A DNA stretch of 64,000 nt from IMG/VR virus record IMGVR_UViG_3300034093_002374, positions 3,814-67,813 of that record; one strand, given 5' to 3'. The notes below the pieces were generated by a model. It made no database searches. It was not told where the DNA came from and worked only from the letters and a program-made list of their open reading frames with translations. This stretch comes from a virus. The position numbers were made by a program, and so were the translations under genes. Position 1 is the first letter of the stretch, and each line of letters opens with the position of its first letter. Shown in pieces: positions 57,823 through 64,000 of the stretch.

Positions 57823-60800
57823 ATGACGGCAGCAATCATTACGCGCGCCACGGCGGGAACGGGTGCCACCGTCAAAGGAGCACCTCTCACAAACGCTGAG
57901 GTTGACACGAACTTTATCAACATCAACGCCGAAGTTGATCTTAAAGCTGACTATGCAAGTCCCAAACTTGGGGCGGGTTCGTTAGCGTCGCTGACTACTG
58001 GTACTAATAATACAGCGCTTGGTGTCAACTCTCTTACGCTAAACACGTCGGGTAGTACCAACACAGGCGTAGGCCGTAATACGCTAAACGCAAACACAAC
58101 AGGTACTGATAACACCGCCTCAGGTGCTTTTGCGCTTTTGTCCAACACGACAGGCTCGTATAACACAGCAGACGGTGGTTATGCGCTGCAAAACAACACG
58201 GTTGGCAGTAACAATACCGCAGTCGGTCACAGTGCTCTTGTGTCTGCTACCACAGCCAACAACAACACTGCTGTCGGCGCTTACGCACTGGACGCTAACA
58301 CGACGGGCACCTACAATACCGCTATGGGCGTGAACGCCCTCGGGGCGACTACGACAGGCAACTACAACGTCGTAATCGGGGGAGCCGCCGGAACGAACAA
58401 TACGACCGGATCACTAAACACAGTAGTCGGGTACACCGCTCTGGCGTCAAATACGACGGGCTCACAGAACTCCGCCTTCGGCGCGCAGTCGATGCACAAC
58501 AACACCGAAGGCTACTTTAACGCCGCCTATGGCGCTAACACGCTGTACGCAAACACGACAGGTATCCAGAACACTGCTATTGGGTGGGGTGCGCTAAACC
58601 TAGCTACTACCGCTTCTAACAACGTTGCTGTTGGCGCTTTTGCACTGGATGCCAACATTACAGGCGCGGGTAACGTTGCGGTTGGCTACAACTCGCTCGG
58701 GGCCAACACAACCGCCAGCAACAACAGCGCATTCGGTGTTAACGCACTGCAAAGCACTACTACAGGTGTCGATAACGTCGCGGTAGGGGCCAGTGCTTTG
58801 GCAACAAATACGACGGCTTCTAACAATACAGCTGTGGGTGTAAACGCCTTGTTTGCTAATACCACAGGCGCTAACAATGTGGCTATTGGCCTAAACAGTC
58901 TTGATGCTAACACGACGGGTGCCGAGAACGTCGCGCTAGGGGCGAGCGCGCTTGGGGCTAACACCACGGGCGCGAATAATGTTGCCGTAGGCAATAGCGC
59001 ACTCAGCGCGAACACTACTATTTCAAACCTCACGGCTGTCGGTGTTACGGCGCTACGTGATAACACAACCGGCACTAACAACACCGGACTTGGTCGCGCG
59101 GCACTTCAAGTCAATACGACAGGCAGTGAAAACACTGCCGTCGGTACCTACGCGCTACAAAACAATACTACGGGTGGTAGTAACACAGGCACTGGCTATC
59201 AGGTATTGTTCAGGAACACGACAGGAACTCGCAACTCGGCGTTCGGCCTTAACAGTGCTTTTGATAACACGACCGGTACTGACCTTGCAGGCTTCGGCTA
59301 CGCCGCGCTCGGTGCCAACACGACCGGTACCCTCAACAGTGGTTTCGGCTCTTACGCACTTTATTACAACACCACGGGTGCCGGAAATACTGCCGTAGGT
59401 TACTCTGCACTGTTTTTGAACACGACCGGTACCGTTAATACGGCTGTCGGTCGTAGTGCTATGCAAGCTAACACAACAGGTGAGTACAACGCGGCACTCG
59501 GTTATGTCGCGCTCGCCGGAAACACAATCGGTATCTACAACACCGCAATCGGTGCGTTGGCTCTTTACTCGGCCACAACCGGTAGCTTCAATACCGCGCT
59601 CGGTGGAAACACGTTGAGGTTTGCTTCAACGTCAAGCAACAATATTGCGGTCGGCTACAACGCCCTTTATACAAACACTACAGGGGCACAGAATATCGCC
59701 GTCGGTGTTGGAGCGTTGAACTCTAACACGACTGCGGACTACAACATTGCAATCGGCTACTTAGCGCTCACGGGCAACACAACCGGCAGCCAAAACCTTG
59801 CTGTAGGTACAAGTGCGTTGTTTTCTAATACAACCGGAACGCAAAACTCTGCTTTCGGTTTTCAATCGCTTTATTACAACACAACTGGATATAACAACGT
59901 TACTCAAGGTTATAATACGTTGTTTGCCAATGTTAGTGGCGCTAATAATACGGCAATTGGACACAGCGCGCTCGCGGCAAACACTGCCTCTAATAACACG
60001 GCTGTTGGTGCAAACGCTCTAGACGCTAACACCACGGGTACTTACAATACCGCTGTTGGTTCAGGAGCGTTAGGAGCTAATACAACGGGCGCTGATAACG
60101 CTGCGTTTGGCGGGTTAGCACTAGTTACTAACACGACCGGTATTAACAACATTGCTATCGGCACTGTGGCTTTGCATTCCAATACCACAGGTAGCTACAA
60201 CATAGCTAACGGCGTTAACGCGCTACTTAACAATAGTACTGGAACTGGCAACATTGGTGTCGGTCAAGACGCCCTTAGAGCCAACACCACGGCCTCCAAC
60301 AACATCGCAATTGGCGCGTACGCGCTGGACGCTAACACGACGGGCGCTAGCAATGCGGCGGTGGGCTATAGTTCGCTTAGCGCTAATACAACTGGCGTAG
60401 GAAACGTAGCTGTCGGTGTGTATACACTGTATGCAAATACAATCGGACAAAACAATGTCGCTATTGGTCCAAGTGCACTAGAAACAAACACTACAGGCAG
60501 TCAAAATACAGCCGTAGGAATGCAAGCACTTTTGTATGCTACGACTGGCAATTATAACGTCGCTGTCGGTGCAGCGTCTTTGGATGCTTGCACTACAGGC
60601 TCCGACAACACTGCTGTAGGATCTAGTGCCCTTAGTTCTGTAACTACGGCGTCAAACAACACCGCTGTTGGTAGAGCGGCTCTAAGAGACACTTCAACCG
60701 GGCAAAATAACGTAGCCCTTGGCTATCAAGCGCTAGCAAGCAACACGACAGGTGTTGAAAACGTAGCAGTTGGTGTTAACTCGCTAGTAGCCAATACTAC

Positions 60801-63309
60801 TGGTTATTATAATACCGCTATTGGTACTTATGCACTAACTTCTAACACAACTGGCTTTACTAACGTAGCAGTTGGCATGAGCGCTTTGACGGCTAATACA
60901 ACAGGCGCATATAACGTATGCCTTGGTCTTTCAACGTTCTTTAGCAACACCACCGGTAATAACAACATCGGCGTAGGTTATACCGCTGGCTATTATAATA
61001 CGACTGGTGTTGAAAACATTGCAATCGGCGGTTCGTCGCTACAAGTAAACACTACTGGTAATTCTAACTGCGCCATTGGGCAACAAGCCTTGTTGTATAA
61101 CTCCACGGGGAGCAATAACGTAGGCATTGGTTCAGGTGCACTTCGAGCTAACACCGTTACCGATAACACGGCTGTGGGTGTAAATGCAGGTTATAACACT
61201 TCTACCGGTGAACGTAACGTGTTTCTTGGACGCGCGGCGGCACAAACTAACACAACTGGTAGTTATAACATTGCTGTTGGTTACACGGCTTTGAATTCAA
61301 ACACTACAGGTGGCAATATTGTCGCCGTTGGTTACAATGCGTTGTCGGCCAACACAACAGCTTCACACAACACGGCAGTCGGTGCTTACTCGCTTCAAAC
61401 TACTACAACGGGTAATGCTAACGCAGCCGTTGGCTACAATTCTATGGGTTTGAATACAACCGGAGCAGAAAATTCTGCATTTGGTTATTCAGCCATGGCG
61501 TCTAATACAACCGGCTCTTATAACACTGCAGTCGGCATTGTAGCGTTGAATGCTAACACTACAGGCCACAATAACGTCGCCGTCGGTCGTAGTGCGTTGC
61601 CTGCCAACACAACTGGTGCTTATAATACGGCACTCGGTGCTCAGAGTCTTTATAGTAATACAACGGCGAGTCTTAACGTTTCTATTGGTTACGGCACGCT
61701 GTATGCTAACACAACAGGCGCATATAATACGGCTGTTGGTACGTACGCTTTGGACGCAAATACGACGGGCCAAGATAACGTTGCGGTTGGTTACAACTCG
61801 CTAGGGGCGAACACAACGGCAAACAACAATATTGCTATCGGCTCTAACATAATGTCGTCTAATACGACCGGTGCGCAAAACTTTGCCGCTGGTACGTATG
61901 CAATGGCTTCTAACACGACCGGTTCGGAAAACGTTGCCATTGGCTTCCAAGCGTTGCTGAGCAACACAACCGCAAGTTACAGCGTCGCAATCGGCCGTAA
62001 TGCTTTGCTGAATTCTACTGTTAATGCCAACGTTGCAATTGGTTGTTTCTCACTCGCCGCGAACACGACAGGTACATATAACGTAGCTGTCGGGACGTAC
62101 GCGTTAGAAGATAACACAACCGGTTACTCTAACGTCTCTGTCGGTTACAACTCAATGGCTGCAAATACGGTAGGCAGCGAAAATGTGGCCGTTGGTTTCT
62201 TTGCGCTTACTAGCAACACAACTGGCAGCTACAACACTGCTATGGGTATTGCGGCGCTATACTCCACTACGACTGGCAGCTACAACACTGCAGTTGGTGC
62301 CGGTAGTTCAGAGAAAGTAACTACAGGTGCTAATAATACAAGCATCGGCTATCGTGCACTTTACAACAACACAAGCGCCTCCAGTAACGTAGCAGTCGGT
62401 TCAAATGCGCTAATTAACAACACAACCGGCTCACAGAACACAGCTGTAGGTACGGCGTCATTGGCAACCGCCACGACGGCTGATCTTAACACAGCTATCG
62501 GCGTGGCTACTTTGGCCGCATCAACGACCGGCACTCAGAACACCGCCGTTGGCGCGGAAGCCCTGGACGCTAACACAACCGGCAGTTATAATATTGCTGT
62601 TGGTTATGGGGCGGGCGGTGCCAACACAACCGGTAGCTATAATACTGTTGTTGGTCGTTCGGCATTCTTAACAAACACCTCAGGTAGTAGCAACACTGCG
62701 CTTGGCTACGCAGCACTGTATGCTTCAACAACGGGTGACAGCAACACGGCTGTCGGTAACAGCGCTCTAAGTGGCAACACAACTGGTACTCAAAACGTAG
62801 CGATGGGTCTAGGCGCACTAGAAAACAACACAACCGCGAACTACAACACCGCTGTCGGTGTGCAGTCGCAGCAGGTAAACACAACCGGCACGCAGAACAC
62901 CTCGATCGGCCACCGCGCTTTGTATCAGAATACAACCGGCTCACAGAATGCCGCGTTTGGCTTGAGCGCGATGGAAAGTAACACTACTGGCCAAGACAAC
63001 GTCGCCCTTGGTCGTTACTCTCTCCATACTAACACCACCGGCAACGTAAATATCGCCATCGGTCACTACGTCGTCTGTGACAGCAGTACCGGCAGCAACC
63101 AAATCAACATCGGCAACGTTTACCGCCATAATCGTCTGGTTCATACACCTGTCACGCTTGCCACTCTCAACGCTTTTGTCGGCCTAGCGACGGGCACCCG
63201 AGCAATGTGCTCGGATTCAAATCATAGGAATTTCGATCAAACTGTCTCCGGTGGCGGTAGTAATACTGTGCCTGTGTGGTACAACGGTTCTAACTGGGTC
63301 GTTGGTTAA
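57823..63309 (+). CDS. Long beta-helical fibre/adhesin (~120 x 14-aa repeats)
   Basis: NTTGxxNxAxGxxAL repeats, YadA-head-like; KGAPLTNAEVDTNF N-terminal motif. Confidence 0.88.
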   Translation: MTAAIITRATAGTGATVKGAPLTNAEVDTNFININAEVDLKADYASPKLGAGSLASLTTGTNNTALGVNSLTLNTSGSTNTGVGRNTLNANTTGTDNTASGAFALLSNTTGSYNTADGGYALQNNTVGSNNTAVGHSALVSATTANNNTAVGAYALDANTTGTYNTAMGVNALGATTTGNYNVVIGGAAGTNNTTGSLNTVVGYTALASNTTGSQNSAFGAQSMHNNTEGYFNAAYGANTLYANTTGIQNTAIGWGALNLATTASNNVAVGAFALDANITGAGNVAVGYNSLGANTTASNNSAFGVNALQSTTTGVDNVAVGASALATNTTASNNTAVGVNALFANTTGANNVAIGLNSLDANTTGAENVALGASALGANTTGANNVAVGNSALSANTTISNLTAVGVTALRDNTTGTNNTGLGRAALQVNTTGSENTAVGTYALQNNTTGGSNTGTGYQVLFRNTTGTRNSAFGLNSAFDNTTGTDLAGFGYAALGANTTGTLNSGFGSYALYYNTTGAGNTAVGYSALFLNTTGTVNTAVGRSAMQANTTGEYNAALGYVALAGNTIGIYNTAIGALALYSATTGSFNTALGGNTLRFASTSSNNIAVGYNALYTNTTGAQNIAVGVGALNSNTTADYNIAIGYLALTGNTTGSQNLAVGTSALFSNTTGTQNSAFGFQSLYYNTTGYNNVTQGYNTLFANVSGANNTAIGHSALAANTASNNTAVGANALDANTTGTYNTAVGSGALGANTTGADNAAFGGLALVTNTTGINNIAIGTVALHSNTTGSYNIANGVNALLNNSTGTGNIGVGQDALRANTTASNNIAIGAYALDANTTGASNAAVGYSSLSANTTGVGNVAVGVYTLYANTIGQNNVAIGPSALETNTTGSQNTAVGMQALLYATTGNYNVAVGAASLDACTTGSDNTAVGSSALSSVTTASNNTAVGRAALRDTSTGQNNVALGYQALASNTTGVENVAVGVNSLVANTTGYYNTAIGTYALTSNTTGFTNVAVGMSALTANTTGAYNVCLGLSTFFSNTTGNNNIGVGYTAGYYNTTGVENIAIGGSSLQVNTTGNSNCAIGQQALLYNSTGSNNVGIGSGALRANTVTDNTAVGVNAGYNTSTGERNVFLGRAAAQTNTTGSYNIAVGYTALNSNTTGGNIVAVGYNALSANTTASHNTAVGAYSLQTTTTGNANAAVGYNSMGLNTTGAENSAFGYSAMASNTTGSYNTAVGIVALNANTTGHNNVAVGRSALPANTTGAYNTALGAQSLYSNTTASLNVSIGYGTLYANTTGAYNTAVGTYALDANTTGQDNVAVGYNSLGANTTANNNIAIGSNIMSSNTTGAQNFAAGTYAMASNTTGSENVAIGFQALLSNTTASYSVAIGRNALLNSTVNANVAIGCFSLAANTTGTYNVAVGTYALEDNTTGYSNVSVGYNSMAANTVGSENVAVGFFALTSNTTGSYNTAMGIAALYSTTTGSYNTAVGAGSSEKVTTGANNTSIGYRALYNNTSASSNVAVGSNALINNTTGSQNTAVGTASLATATTADLNTAIGVATLAASTTGTQNTAVGAEALDANTTGSYNIAVGYGAGGANTTGSYNTVVGRSAFLTNTSGSSNTALGYAALYASTTGDSNTAVGNSALSGNTTGTQNVAMGLGALENNTTANYNTAVGVQSQQVNTTGTQNTSIGHRALYQNTTGSQNAAFGLSAMESNTTGQDNVALGRYSLHTNTTGNVNIAIGHYVVCDSSTGSNQINIGNVYRHNRLVHTPVTLATLNAFVGLATGTRAMCSDSNHRNFDQTVSGGGSNTVPVWYNGSNWVVG

Positions 63310-63332
63310 TAACATAACTTAAAGGAAATACA

Positions 63333-63560
63333 ATGCCTGATATCTTTCAAGAAGCTCCGACGGCTGAAGAAGTCAACCGTCACTATGCCGCCTGCCTCGA
63401 CAGCGTTGCCGCGATTGTCGCTGCTCAAACGCGCGTTCCGCCGGATAACGGTGCCGTGCAACGCAATGCCGATCATCTTAAACTTATGATCGCAAAAGAC
63501 TTCTGGGGTCCGGAACACAACATGGCTCCGCTGCAAGCCGCCGTTGATTCTGCAGCCTAA
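63333..63560 (+). CDS. Small protein, possible fibre chaperone
   Basis: AAGGA RBS, directly after fibre. Confidence 0.6.
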   Translation: MPDIFQEAPTAEEVNRHYAACLDSVAAIVAAQTRVPPDNGAVQRNADHLKLMIAKDFWGPEHNMAPLQAAVDSAA

Positions 63561-63566
63561 GCGTTA

Positions 63567-63601
63567 AGTGGAGAGCGTTTCTTTTGAAGCGCTCTCCATT
63601 T
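63567..63601 (+). terminator. Terminator-like hairpin
   Basis: TGGAGAGCGTTTC-TTTT-GAAGCGCTCTCCA then pyrimidine tract. Confidence 0.65.
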
Positions 63602-63629
63602 CTCTCTCTAATCGTCTATAGGAGTTTTT

Positions 63630-63917
63630 ATGGACAATCTTTTTCCGCCAAATCTTCAGACATCTGCCGTTGAAATGCCTGTAGTCGAGGCTGTCGTTGA
63701 ACCTGTTGCTATTGTTGTTCCTGAAGAAACTTCACCGCCGATGCGTGCGGAAAGCAACGGTAACTATAAATACGGTTTTGAGGATTGTACGCCTTGTCAT
63801 TGGGATATTAAACCACTTGAAGGCGGTCAACCTGACGAAGTTGAGGCTTACAACAGTCGTTCTCACGAACGCTTTGTCGGTTCAATGGTTGACTTCAACG
63901 CTGCGCTGAGGGCCTAA
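63630..63917 (+). CDS. Hypothetical protein
   Basis: AGGAG RBS, 95 aa. Confidence 0.7.
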   Translation: MDNLFPPNLQTSAVEMPVVEAVVEPVAIVVPEETSPPMRAESNGNYKYGFEDCTPCHWDIKPLEGGQPDEVEAYNSRSHERFVGSMVDFNAALRA

Positions 63918-63920
63918 GTT

Positions 63921-64000
63921 ATGGGTCCCGCCGTAAACGCTGCAGCGGCCGGAGTCAAAACGGTCGCCGATCCAAATGCTGCATATGAAAGTTTGGCCCC
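63921..64000 (+). CDS. 5' end of a gene, possibly portal (partial)
   Basis: GAGG RBS; MGPAVNAAAAGVKTVADPNAAYESLA open to window end; identity is inference from synteny. Confidence 0.4.
   Translation, partial: MGPAVNAAAAGVKTVADPNAAYESLA

Noticed and set aside
57823-63309. Diversity-generating retroelement or CRISPR-like array
   Set aside because: Repeats are protein-level and codon-diverged; no reverse transcriptase, adenine-specific TR/VR pair or repeat-spacer structure seen
1-64000. Prophage/lysogeny functions and a firm host assignment
   Set aside because: No integrase, repressor or host genes seen; an alphaproteobacterial host is only a guess from the style of the high-GC island

Overview
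Most of a lytic tailed (siphovirus-type) phage genome, with essentially all genes on the + strand and apparently circularly permuted (capsid and neck genes lie outside the window). Order: tail module (tail tube, G/G-T chaperones with a GGGAAAG -1 frameshift, 3257-aa tape measure, distal tail, hub, repeat-rich tail tip) > holin and GH24 endolysin > small early membrane proteins > T7-type single-subunit RNA polymerase > SSB, family-A DNA polymerase, HNH, 5'-3' exonuclease, primase-helicase, class Ia RNR, dCMP deaminase > a higher-GC island built from shared short repeats > ligase, nucleotidyltransferase, GNAT > many small hypotheticals > metallophosphoesterase, terminase > PAS-TM protein and candidate anti-defence sponges > a ~120-repeat beta-helical fibre > start of a probable portal. 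The least explained signals are non-coding: a ~320-nt densely paired, pseudoknotted RNA candidate (43064-43388), two more structured intergenic tracts around 50 kb, a covarying mini-pseudoknot placed just after stop codons, two repeated promoter-like motifs and an inverted pair of homologous GC-rich elements 24 kb apart. All calls come from reading motifs by eye; no searches or folding programs were run.
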